From Holosporales bacterium (GTDB lineage: Bacteria; Pseudomonadota; Alphaproteobacteria; JAJTHO01), in the NCBI GenBank assembly GCA_046338525.1, contig JBKDWF010000057.1:1-53586 (forward strand): a stretch of 53,586 nucleotides of DNA. The letters run 5' to 3'. The translations under genes and the position numbers were made by a program. A model generated the notes under the pieces. The model did no database searches. It was not told the origin of the DNA and worked only from the letters and a program-made list of their open reading frames with translations. This document shows, piece after piece, positions 20,356 through 29,166 of this stretch (the stretch's first letter is position 1; each line of letters opens with the position of its first letter).

Positions 20356-22083
20356 TTACCCCAAATATCCTAAAGACTGTAGTTTCACCAAAACCCGTTG
20401 TGCCGCTTCATCTCGGTTCATGGTAGCAGTATCCAAAACCAGTTCCGGATGTTCCGGCACCTCATAAGGATCATCAATCCCGGTAAAACCCGGCAGTTTT
20501 CCCGCCCTCGCTTTAGCGTACAAACCTTTGCGATCGCGCTGTTCACATACATCAAGAGGGGTGGCCACGTGTATCTCCAAGAACCCGGCAGCACCAGAAG
20601 CAAAAAGCTCCCGCACCTCGCGGCGTACCGCAGCATATGGCGCAATCGGCGCGCAAATCGCCACCCCGCCTGCTGCCGCCACTTCCGCCGCGACAAACCC
20701 AATCCGGCGGATATTAAGATCACGATGTTCTTTTGAGAAACCAAGCTCACTGGACAAATGCTGCCGCACCTGATCTCCATCCAGCAACGTCACGGCTCGA
20801 CCGCCAATTTCCAGCAACTTGACGCGCACCGCGTTAGCAATGGTAGATTTACCCGACCCGGAAAGCCCGGTAAAGAAAAGGCAAAAACCCTGTTTTAACT
20901 TAGGTGGATAGGTACGCTTAAGCTCTCTCAGAACCGCCGGGAAGGAGAACCATTCGGGCACATCCATATCGTTGTGCAAGCGTCGGCGAAATTCGGTGCC
21001 GCTGATGTTCAGCACCCTATCTTCCGGCTCAACCTTGTCCGCCGGGACATATTCACAGCGGTTTTCCACGTAGACCATTTCCTTGAACGGCACCATTTCA
21101 ATGCCTAGCTCTTCTTGGTGATGCGCCACAAGTTCCTGGGCTGCATAGGGGTGATAGAAATCCTCCCCCGCACTATTCTTACCCGGGCCAGCGTGATCGC
21201 GGCCAACAATAAAATGGCTGCACCCATAATTTTTGCGGATAATCGCGTGCCACAACGCTTCCCGTGGACCGCCCATGCGCATAGCGAGAGGCAACAAACT
21301 GAGCATTGCCAGCCCTTCAGGATAGCTGCTGCACACATGCTCATAGCAGCGCACGCGACTGTAGTGATCCACGTCCCCCGGCTTAGTCATTCCTACCACC
21401 GGATGCACAAGCAGGCTAGCCTCACAGGCCGCCGCCGCCCGCCGGGTCAACTCATAATGTGCTCGGTGCATCGGATTGCGCGTCTGAAAGGCAACAATCT
21501 TTGTCCAGCCTTGCTGTACAAACCGCTCTCGCAATTGAGCCGGGGAAAAGCGCAGGGTTTTAAAATCATAATGAGTGGGCGGCTCAAGCCCTTCCAGCGT
21601 ACCGCCTAAATACACCGCCCCTGCGCGCTGGTGCAGGTAAAAAACCGCCGGGTGCGCCACATCATCGGCCCCAAAAATCTTTTTGGCTTCCCGTTTTTTA
21701 TTGGGTCTATAAACTGACTCAACGGTAAGAATGGCCAGTGCCACTCCCTCACTATCCCGCAGAGCAATACGCTCACCTATTGTGACTTTATGAGCCAAAT
21801 CTTCAGACACATCAAGAGTGATCGGCATTGACCACAAGGTTCCATCGGCAAGACGCATCTTTTCAAGAACGCTGTCGTAATCTGCCTCATTCAAAAAGCC
21901 TTTCAACGGCGAAAAACCGCCATTAAGCAACAACTCCAAATCACATATCTGCCGCGGGGTTAACGCCCAAGAAGAAAGTCGTGCTAGTTCCAATTTTATT
22001 GAGGGGCTAGTCACCGCACCACGGTGCACTAGGTTCATTAGAACTCCACCGTGAGGAGCAATAAGATTGGTCATAAGCAACAA
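20356..22083 (-). CDS. sat: Bifunctional sulfate adenylyltransferase / adenylylsulfate kinase
   Basis: GGFSPLKGF, QTRNPMHRAH, GRDHAGPG and ISGT in the sulfurylase; TGLSGSGKST, LDGD and FTGIDDPYE in the kinase. Confidence 0.93.
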   Translation of the reverse strand: MLLMTNLIAPHGGVLMNLVHRGAVTSPSIKLELARLSSWALTPRQICDLELLLNGGFSPLKGFLNEADYDSVLEKMRLADGTLWSMPITLDVSEDLAHKVTIGERIALRDSEGVALAILTVESVYRPNKKREAKKIFGADDVAHPAVFYLHQRAGAVYLGGTLEGLEPPTHYDFKTLRFSPAQLRERFVQQGWTKIVAFQTRNPMHRAHYELTRRAAAACEASLLVHPVVGMTKPGDVDHYSRVRCYEHVCSSYPEGLAMLSLLPLAMRMGGPREALWHAIIRKNYGCSHFIVGRDHAGPGKNSAGEDFYHPYAAQELVAHHQEELGIEMVPFKEMVYVENRCEYVPADKVEPEDRVLNISGTEFRRRLHNDMDVPEWFSFPAVLRELKRTYPPKLKQGFCLFFTGLSGSGKSTIANAVRVKLLEIGGRAVTLLDGDQVRQHLSSELGFSKEHRDLNIRRIGFVAAEVAAAGGVAICAPIAPYAAVRREVRELFASGAAGFLEIHVATPLDVCEQRDRKGLYAKARAGKLPGFTGIDDPYEVPEHPELVLDTATMNRDEAAQRVLVKLQSLGYLG

Positions 22084-22130
22084 GTCTCCGCGATTTAACC
22101 CAGCCGCAAAAAGTATACGATTAAAATAAA

Positions 22131-22490
22131 TTAATCAAATAAATCAAAAAGAGATTTGAACTTACTCGGCTTTCCATGCTTATGACGATAGTAACCGTCA
22201 TAACCTTCATAGTCATCATCACGGTATACTGGCCTAGTAGACCGCGGCTGTTGCACGGGAGGATGAGGAAAGTGTGGCTCTTGGCGATTGTTTTCAACAG
22301 ATTGACGATACTGATTGTATTCTTTGCGATCTTCTTGAATCGCCTCCTGCATCGCACCAAGCAACTTCTCTAGCTCCCCTTTATCGAGCCAGACACCGCC
22401 GGAAATCGGACAACGATCAATCTCGATGCCATTGCGGATAATCTGCTGCATAGGGGTTTGTCCATCAATGGGGCTGACCAGCAAGGGCAT
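22131..22490 (-). CDS. zf-TFIIB-like ribbon protein with low-complexity tail
   Basis: GIEIDRCPISGGVWLDKGELEK and a tail ending SLFDLFD; only one Cys is present. Confidence 0.75.
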   Translation of the reverse strand: MPLLVSPIDGQTPMQQIIRNGIEIDRCPISGGVWLDKGELEKLLGAMQEAIQEDRKEYNQYRQSVENNRQEPHFPHPPVQQPRSTRPVYRDDDYEGYDGYYRHKHGKPSKFKSLFDLFD

Positions 22491-22573
22491 CTTCAATCAT
22501 CCTCTATTAAAGTATTCACATTCCTTATACCTGCTGCGCCCTACAAAAGAAAGAGCAAACAAACTCCATTTCT

Positions 22574-23743
22574 TCAAGGATTTTCCAGAACAACCTGTAC
22601 AACATCTGTCCGTTGTGCCGCAAAAGAAGCAGCGCACATGCTCAAGTACAATCGCCAACTACGAATAAAACTCTCTCCGTACCCCATAGATTTGATCTTA
22701 GGCAACGCAGCATCAAATCGAACCAACCATTCACGCAGGGTGCGAGTGTAATCAGAACCGAACGCAAACACCTCTTTGCATACCAAACCGGCTTTTTCTG
22801 CCCCCATCCGAAACGCGGCTACCGATGGCAGCATACCACCAGGGAAAACATAGTGACGGATATAATCACTGCGCCTAGCGTAAGTATCAAAGACCCCATT
22901 GGCAACGGTAATCGTCTGCACCACCGCAATGCCCCCTGGAACCAAACGGCGGCGCAGCGTATTAAAATACGCTGGCCAATACCGCCGCCCAACAGCCTCA
23001 AACATTTCAATAGAAGCTATCGCCTCAAACATACCTTTAACATGACGATAATCTTCCAGGCGAATGTCGGCTTTACCTGCGAGACGTTCGCGGGCCACCT
23101 GATGCTGACTTGGGGAAATTGTTAATCCCGTCAGAGCATGCCCTGCATTACTGGCCGCTAAAGCGAACCCCCCCCAACCACAGCCGATCTCCAGCACCCG
23201 CCGCCGATCCGGCGTAATGGCATCAAGAATACGACGGTACTTTGCCTGTTGAGCCTCCTCAAGGCTCATCTCAGCGTCAACATAAAAAGCTGATGAATAC
23301 GTTAGACTATCATCGAGCCAAAGACGGTAGAAAGCATTACCCACGTCATAATGACTGCGAATATTTTTGCGGCTACCTTTAAGGCTATTGCGGCGCAAAA
23401 CACTGTTCACCAACCGGTACCATAGCTGACTCACTCCATGGCCATTGGCATGAGCATCCAGCGTTTCTAGATTATCCACAAACACCCGAAACAACGCATA
23501 CAGATCGTCTGCATCCCAAAGCCCAGCCGCATACGTTTGCCCAAGCCCGATATCGCCCCGACTTGCTAACGCGGCAGCCACAGACCAATCGTGTATCTGC
23601 CACTGCGCCTCTGCGCCAGACTGAGCGCCGCGAAACGTCCGCCGCTCCCCTGTTGGGGTTACAAGATGCAATGTACCTTTAGAAATACCTTCTTCCAATG
23701 CTTTAAGAAGACCGGATGCCACAATACCCTTTAACATAATCAT
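22574..23743 (-). CDS. cfa: Cyclopropane-fatty-acyl-phospholipid synthase-family SAM methyltransferase
   Basis: NIRSHYDVGNAFY, VLEIGCGWGG, SIEMFEAVG and YVFPGGMLPS. Confidence 0.9.
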   Translation of the reverse strand: MIMLKGIVASGLLKALEEGISKGTLHLVTPTGERRTFRGAQSGAEAQWQIHDWSVAAALASRGDIGLGQTYAAGLWDADDLYALFRVFVDNLETLDAHANGHGVSQLWYRLVNSVLRRNSLKGSRKNIRSHYDVGNAFYRLWLDDSLTYSSAFYVDAEMSLEEAQQAKYRRILDAITPDRRRVLEIGCGWGGFALAASNAGHALTGLTISPSQHQVARERLAGKADIRLEDYRHVKGMFEAIASIEMFEAVGRRYWPAYFNTLRRRLVPGGIAVVQTITVANGVFDTYARRSDYIRHYVFPGGMLPSVAAFRMGAEKAGLVCKEVFAFGSDYTRTLREWLVRFDAALPKIKSMGYGESFIRSWRLYLSMCAASFAAQRTDVVQVVLENP

Positions 23744-24501
23744 CGACTAATCTCCTCATTTGGGGGAACTGGCTTACGGTAATAACGGAAGCCCTTAACA
23801 ACCATTCGCAGCGCGTGCCAGTGAATAAGACCTATAATTTTCAAAGTAAGTAAGGGGTAGCGAAAAAAGCACCGCGCAACACTTGAGCTGTCTAAGCGTC
23901 TGCGTCGCCCCGTCATCGCTGTATGCAACACCACCTGCCCCTCATCGGCATAATCAATCCAAACACCGATCTGATCAGCACTATAGGCAAAACGAAACCT
24001 ATATTCACCCCTAACCCGCAAAAACGGCGAGACATGAAAAACTTTTTTCGTCTCCAACCAATCATCGCGGGTTATCGCCCGCTGATCATCATGCACGCAC
24101 AAGTACGCATGACGCTCCCCAAAGGTATTGTTGACCTCTGCCACCACCGCACGAAGAATGCCAGCACTATCCAAGCAAAACCAGAAGCTTACCGGATTAA
24201 ACACATAGCCCAACACCCGGGGCATGGTCAGCAGCACAACATCCCCGTCCGCTGTACCCACTGCGTACTCCTGTAACACCTCGGCAACCCAATCTTTGCA
24301 TGGCCGCCCAGCAAAGCCGTGATCACACTCATGAAATGACAACAGATTACCTTTGTTCACCCCCAAAAAGCGACATACAATATCCCCCATTCTTGCCAGA
24401 GGAAAACAAAGGTAATACACCCTGTACGATAACCGATGTGGCTTTGGGCTGACCCTCTGGTGCACCACATCCGCAATAAGCAAACCATTTTCTAGTGCCA
24501 C
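23740..24501 (-). CDS. DUF1365-family protein (UfaO-like)
   Basis: PRVLGYVFNPVSFWFC, AEVNNTFGERHAY, KVFHVSPF and IHWHAL. Confidence 0.9.
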   Translation of the reverse strand: MALENGLLIADVVHQRVSPKPHRLSYRVYYLCFPLARMGDIVCRFLGVNKGNLLSFHECDHGFAGRPCKDWVAEVLQEYAVGTADGDVVLLTMPRVLGYVFNPVSFWFCLDSAGILRAVVAEVNNTFGERHAYLCVHDDQRAITRDDWLETKKVFHVSPFLRVRGEYRFRFAYSADQIGVWIDYADEGQVVLHTAMTGRRRRLDSSSVARCFFRYPLLTLKIIGLIHWHALRMVVKGFRYYRKPVPPNEEISR

Positions 24502-25742
24502 GGAATGGAAACCCCAAGCCCTTGAGCTACCCGAATAGCGCTCACGAGCCCGTCCTCATGAAAACCGTACCGCTGGTATGCACCTGCAAACCAAAGGCCG
24601 CGCTGACCTTGAATAGATGGAATCTTAGCCTGCGCGGCCAACGCTTCACGGGTAAAAACCGGATGATGAAACGTATGCCGATCAAAAATATGCGCCTCAG
24701 AAATCGGGTTCATAGGATTAAGCGTAACAAACAAAGGGTATGCGTTATCTATGCCCTGTAACTCATTCATCCAATACGTCACGGATACGTTTTTTGCTGC
24801 CTCGCTGCTGGCATAGTTCCAACTCGACCAGCATGCCTTACGTTTAGGCATAACCGCTGCGTCACAATGAAGAAACGCTTGGTTTTCCTGATAACTAAAC
24901 GCACCTAGCACCGAACGTTCATTCGGGGTAGCATCACCCAACATCGCCAATGCCTCATCCGCATGACATGCCAAGACAACTTGATCGTAACGATTAACAG
25001 CACCATCTTTTGTCTGAATAACCACTTTATCTGCTTCCAAATACACCCGCATTACTGGCGCATTCAAACGGATATGACCCTCTAAAGGCGCTAAAATTTT
25101 TTCTACATATTGCTGGGCACCGCCCGTCACCGTGTACCATTGGTGCTGACCGCCAAAAGACAGCAAACCGTGATTCCTGAAAAACTGCACAAACGTCTGC
25201 GCAGGAAATTCCAACATTGTTTGCGCCGAACAACTCCAGATAGCAGCCCCCATAGGAAGAATAAATCCATCTCGTACAAAATCCCCCAACCGCAATGCCT
25301 TTAGCAGATCGCCTAGACTGGCATCCGGCAATCCTTCGGCCATCGCTTCAGCTTTTTTAAAAAACCGCCACACATCAAAAGCCATAGCGTAAAAGGAAGG
25401 CCGAAATAGATTTGAACGCTGCCCAAATACTGCATTTATATTACGCGCCCCCCATTCAAAGCCGCCATTGTTAGTCGTAAAACCAAACGTCATGCTGCTT
25501 TTATGGGTGGCAACGCCTAAATACCGAAACAACCCGACAAGTTCGGGGTAGTTAACAGGATTAAAAACAATAAACCCTGTATCCACTGGAATAACACAAC
25601 CATTATAATCAACTATGCGCGTGCGAGTATGCCCACCAAGTGCCGTATTTTTCTCATACAACGTAATTGCATAACGAGAGGCCAACAGCCGCGCCGCCGC
25701 CATTCCCGCAATCCCTGACCCCACTACTGCTATTTTTTGCAT
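24492..25742 (-). CDS. FAD-dependent oxidoreductase (UfaD-like, amine-oxidase fold)
   Basis: VGSGIAG, GGHTRT, VDTGFIVFN, WSSWNY, TYWMN and GFHEDGL. Confidence 0.9.
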   Translation of the reverse strand: MQKIAVVGSGIAGMAAARLLASRYAITLYEKNTALGGHTRTRIVDYNGCVIPVDTGFIVFNPVNYPELVGLFRYLGVATHKSSMTFGFTTNNGGFEWGARNINAVFGQRSNLFRPSFYAMAFDVWRFFKKAEAMAEGLPDASLGDLLKALRLGDFVRDGFILPMGAAIWSCSAQTMLEFPAQTFVQFFRNHGLLSFGGQHQWYTVTGGAQQYVEKILAPLEGHIRLNAPVMRVYLEADKVVIQTKDGAVNRYDQVVLACHADEALAMLGDATPNERSVLGAFSYQENQAFLHCDAAVMPKRKACWSSWNYASSEAAKNVSVTYWMNELQGIDNAYPLFVTLNPMNPISEAHIFDRHTFHHPVFTREALAAQAKIPSIQGQRGLWFAGAYQRYGFHEDGLVSAIRVAQGLGVSIPWH

Positions 25743-25871
25743 ACAACTCTTTTAAAATATCATCTCTGCCTTGTTAAGAAAAAACACCTTCGGCTTAATA
25801 TTTTTTAAACACCTCACATTTAAAACCATTAGTTGTTAAAACCGAAAAAAACCTACCCATGGAGATTTCTC

Positions 25872-28514
25872 ATGCCACGTTTCGATGTTCGCCTCAAACT
25901 TATAACACTATTGTTGGTATTTGGCTTGTTGCCATTGATGTCCGTTATGCCAATTATTTTTGGCAAACTCGACGAGATGCGTACCAGCATTTTAAGCGAT
26001 ATGCGTATCACTACCGAAACAATTGGCGAGCTTATCGATCGCAATCTATTTGAACGCTATGGTGACGTTCAGGCATTCGGTTACAACACCGCGGCCCATG
26101 ATACTCGCAACTGGTTTCGCCCAAGCGCAGACAACGTCCTTATTACATCCATGAACAGCTACATGGTCAATTATGGACTGTATAAAATGATGATGTTACT
26201 CGATCTCGACGGCAAAGTTGCCGCCGTCAACAGCACCGATAACAAAGGCAAAGCCTTAGATACCATTGGGCTTTATAATCGTAATTTTAGAGATGCTCGC
26301 TGGTTTCAACAGGCAAAAAACAAAGTATTCCTTAGCAGCTCATCCCTAGATGGCACCGCGGTTCAACAACCAGCCTATGAAAAAATCGTCGCCGACGTTT
26401 ATCGTGAAGATGGCTTCACTATCGCTTTCTCGGCCCCAGTATACAACGCCAAAGGAGACATGATAGGAATCTGGGTAAACTTTGCCGATTTTGCCACCAT
26501 TGAGGGAATTATAGCAGAAACATATAATCAAAAGAAGTCTTCAGGAGCAAATAGAATATCTTTCGCTATTCAAGACAATGCTGGTACGGCTCTTGTCGAT
26601 TTCAACCCCACCGCACAAGGCACCACTACTTATAAACGCGACACTGCCAGTATTGGAGTCAAAAAACTAACATCCTTAAATGTACCAGGATCAACAGAAT
26701 CCTTAAACAAACCCTATGGATATACAACAGAAACAAATAAAAATACCAATCTCGAAGACGCTGTCAGCTGGCAATCCACTAATGGTGCCATAGGATTTCC
26801 AAGTCTTGATTGGAAAATTATTATCCATCAACCTGCCACTGATGCGTTTGCCGATATTAACAATACAAAGACTCTTTTATACCGCATCATGGCAAGTGCC
26901 GTTGTTATATTATCAGGAATCGGTGCCTTGATTGGTACCTACGCCAGCCGTCCGATTCGTAAAGCAACCGAGACTGCTAAGCGCCTCGCCGATGCTGACT
27001 ATAAAATGAGCATTGACGGCCTTAATAGAAACGATGAATTTGGAAACTTAGCACAAGCTTTAAATGACATCAAAAACACCGTGGCCGATTACTCTGGTCA
27101 AATTGCAGCCATAGGCCGTGCACAAGCGGTCATCGAATTTGATACCAAGGGCAATATCCGCGGGGCTAACCAGAATTTTCTTAGTGTCACGGGCTACACC
27201 TTGGAAGAAATCAAAGGTAAACACCACAGCATATTCATTGAACAAACTGAAAAAGATAGTCCTGAATACCAGCAATTCTGGGCAAGCCTCAACGCGGGAC
27301 AATCAAAAATAAACGAATATAAACGCATTGCCAAAGGTGGGCGCAAATTTTGGATTAACGCCTCCTACAATCCCATTCTCGACCCGAATGGCAACGTCGT
27401 CAAAATTGTCAAATTTGCAAACGAAATAACCGAAGCGGTACAAACCCGAATTGAAAACGAGGTCGGCATGGAAGAATCCATGAATGTGCTGAAAGGCATT
27501 GCCAATGGCGATCTAACACTCAAAATGGAAAAAGACTACCAAGGTACCTTTGGTGCCATCAAAAATGCCATCAACACCACGGTGGAAAAACTTACCGAAA
27601 CGGTGGTGAATATCAAAAAAGCCTCGGAAATGGTTGGGTCTGCCGCTTCGGAAATCTCTGCTGGCAGCGCCGATCTCTCGCAACGCACCGAAAATCAAGC
27701 GTCATCGTTGGAAGAAACCGCTGCCTCTATGGAAGAGCTTACCAGCACCGTCCGCCAAAACGCCCAAAACACCGACGAAGCAACTAAAATCTCTCTTAAA
27801 GCCCAAGAATTGGCTCAAAAAGGCGGCGGTGTTGTAGACAAAGCTGTGGCCGCAATGACCCAAATTGAGCAATCCTCGAAAAAAGTTTCTGACATCATCG
27901 GGGTCATTGATGAGATAGCCTTCCAAACCAACCTTCTGGCTCTCAACGCTGCTGTCGAAGCCGCACGAGCTGGTGATGCTGGAAAAGGCTTTGCCGTCGT
28001 CGCCTCAGAGGTGCGGTCTTTGGCCGGACGCTCCGCTGCTTCTTCTAAAGAAATAAAACAATTAATCCAAGAAAGCAATGAACAGGTCCGCGTTGGTGCC
28101 GAACTAGTAAACCAAGCAGGGTCAAGCCTAAAAGAAATTGTCTCCACAAACAATACCGTCAATACCATTATCTCCGATATTGCCGGTGCCACAAAAGAAC
28201 AAACCAACGGTATTGAGGAAATCAATAGTGCCGTCGCCCAGATGGACGAGATGACCCAACAAAATGCCGCCTTGGTGGAAGAGAACACCGCTGCTGCACA
28301 ATCCCTCGTGGATCAAGCCCATCAATTGGAACAAACGGTATCTTTCTTCAAGCTTAGCCATGATGCCACACGCCATCAAGCAAGCCAAGCAATACAAAGC
28401 CCCATCACTCGCCCTGCCGCTGTTCGCCCTACCCGCAAACAAGGCAGTGAGCGTAAACCGTCCGGCAACACCGCCGCCGCACAAAACTACGATAAAGACT
28501 GGCAGGAGTTTTAA
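25872..28514 (+). CDS. Methyl-accepting chemotaxis protein (TM-Cache-TM-HAMP-PAS-MA)
   Basis: DRNLFERYGDVQAF, PAS motif ASYNPI, hairpin tip IAFQTNLLALNAAVEAARAG and C-terminal pentapeptide DWQEF. ATG 25872 has a GGAG RBS. Confidence 0.95.
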   Translation: MPRFDVRLKLITLLLVFGLLPLMSVMPIIFGKLDEMRTSILSDMRITTETIGELIDRNLFERYGDVQAFGYNTAAHDTRNWFRPSADNVLITSMNSYMVNYGLYKMMMLLDLDGKVAAVNSTDNKGKALDTIGLYNRNFRDARWFQQAKNKVFLSSSSLDGTAVQQPAYEKIVADVYREDGFTIAFSAPVYNAKGDMIGIWVNFADFATIEGIIAETYNQKKSSGANRISFAIQDNAGTALVDFNPTAQGTTTYKRDTASIGVKKLTSLNVPGSTESLNKPYGYTTETNKNTNLEDAVSWQSTNGAIGFPSLDWKIIIHQPATDAFADINNTKTLLYRIMASAVVILSGIGALIGTYASRPIRKATETAKRLADADYKMSIDGLNRNDEFGNLAQALNDIKNTVADYSGQIAAIGRAQAVIEFDTKGNIRGANQNFLSVTGYTLEEIKGKHHSIFIEQTEKDSPEYQQFWASLNAGQSKINEYKRIAKGGRKFWINASYNPILDPNGNVVKIVKFANEITEAVQTRIENEVGMEESMNVLKGIANGDLTLKMEKDYQGTFGAIKNAINTTVEKLTETVVNIKKASEMVGSAASEISAGSADLSQRTENQASSLEETAASMEELTSTVRQNAQNTDEATKISLKAQELAQKGGGVVDKAVAAMTQIEQSSKKVSDIIGVIDEIAFQTNLLALNAAVEAARAGDAGKGFAVVASEVRSLAGRSAASSKEIKQLIQESNEQVRVGAELVNQAGSSLKEIVSTNNTVNTIISDIAGATKEQTNGIEEINSAVAQMDEMTQQNAALVEENTAAAQSLVDQAHQLEQTVSFFKLSHDATRHQASQAIQSPITRPAAVRPTRKQGSERKPSGNTAAAQNYDKDWQEF

Positions 28515-28516
28515 AC

Positions 28517-28786
28517 ATGCTCGCCCTACCCGCACACCTCACGATTGAAACGGCGCAAGCCTTTACCGAGACTATCCTAAGGGACGCGCCGATGGATGAA
28601 AATACAGCAGTCAATCTCGATGCCGCAGCACTGGAAACCATCACCACCCCAGGACTGCAAGTGTTACTATCCTTGCAACAAAGCCTACACACCAAAAACA
28701 GTCGCCTACACATTATTGGTGCCACTCCTTCTGTCCAAGCCGCGTTCAGTGATTGCGGCCTGCAGTCCTTACTTGAACCTTCTTAA
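28517..28786 (+). CDS. STAS-domain protein of chemotaxis operon
   Basis: 89 aa with LTIETA, LDAAALETITTPGLQVLL and AFSDCGL. Confidence 0.8.
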   Translation: MLALPAHLTIETAQAFTETILRDAPMDENTAVNLDAAALETITTPGLQVLLSLQQSLHTKNSRLHIIGATPSVQAAFSDCGLQSLLEPS

Positions 28787-28797
28787 GGAGCCACATC

Positions 28798-29166
28798 ATG
28801 GCGAAACAAATCCTCACCGTTGATGATTCAAAAACCATGCGAGAGATGGTGAGCTTCACCCTCAAAGCCGCAGGCTATGATATCCTAGAAGCCGAAGATG
28901 GCAAAGTCGCCCTTAGCGTCCTCGACGGCAAAAAAATTGATGCCGTCATTGCTGACCTCAACATGCCAAACATGAATGGCTTTGAGCTTATCAAGGCATT
29001 AAGGGCACAACCGGCCTACCAGTTTACCCCTATCTTGATGCTCACCACCGAAGGCGACACCAGTAAAAAAGAAGAAGGTAAAGCTGCTGGTGCCACGGGC
29101 TGGATTGTTAAGCCCTTTGATCCAGAAAAATTAGTTGAAGTCGTCAAAAAAGTTTGTCCTTTATGA
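28798..29166 (+). CDS. cheY: Chemotaxis response regulator
   Basis: VDDS, DLNMPNMNG, MLTTE and GATGWIVKPF. Confidence 0.92.
   Translation: MAKQILTVDDSKTMREMVSFTLKAAGYDILEAEDGKVALSVLDGKKIDAVIADLNMPNMNGFELIKALRAQPAYQFTPILMLTTEGDTSKKEEGKAAGATGWIVKPFDPEKLVEVVKKVCPL

Noticed and set aside
25743-25871. CtrA or RpoE (sigmaE) sites in the lipid-cluster / che divergent promoter
   Set aside because: The TTAA pairs are not at exact N7 spacing and no TGATCC-type -35 is present; the region is simply AT-rich.
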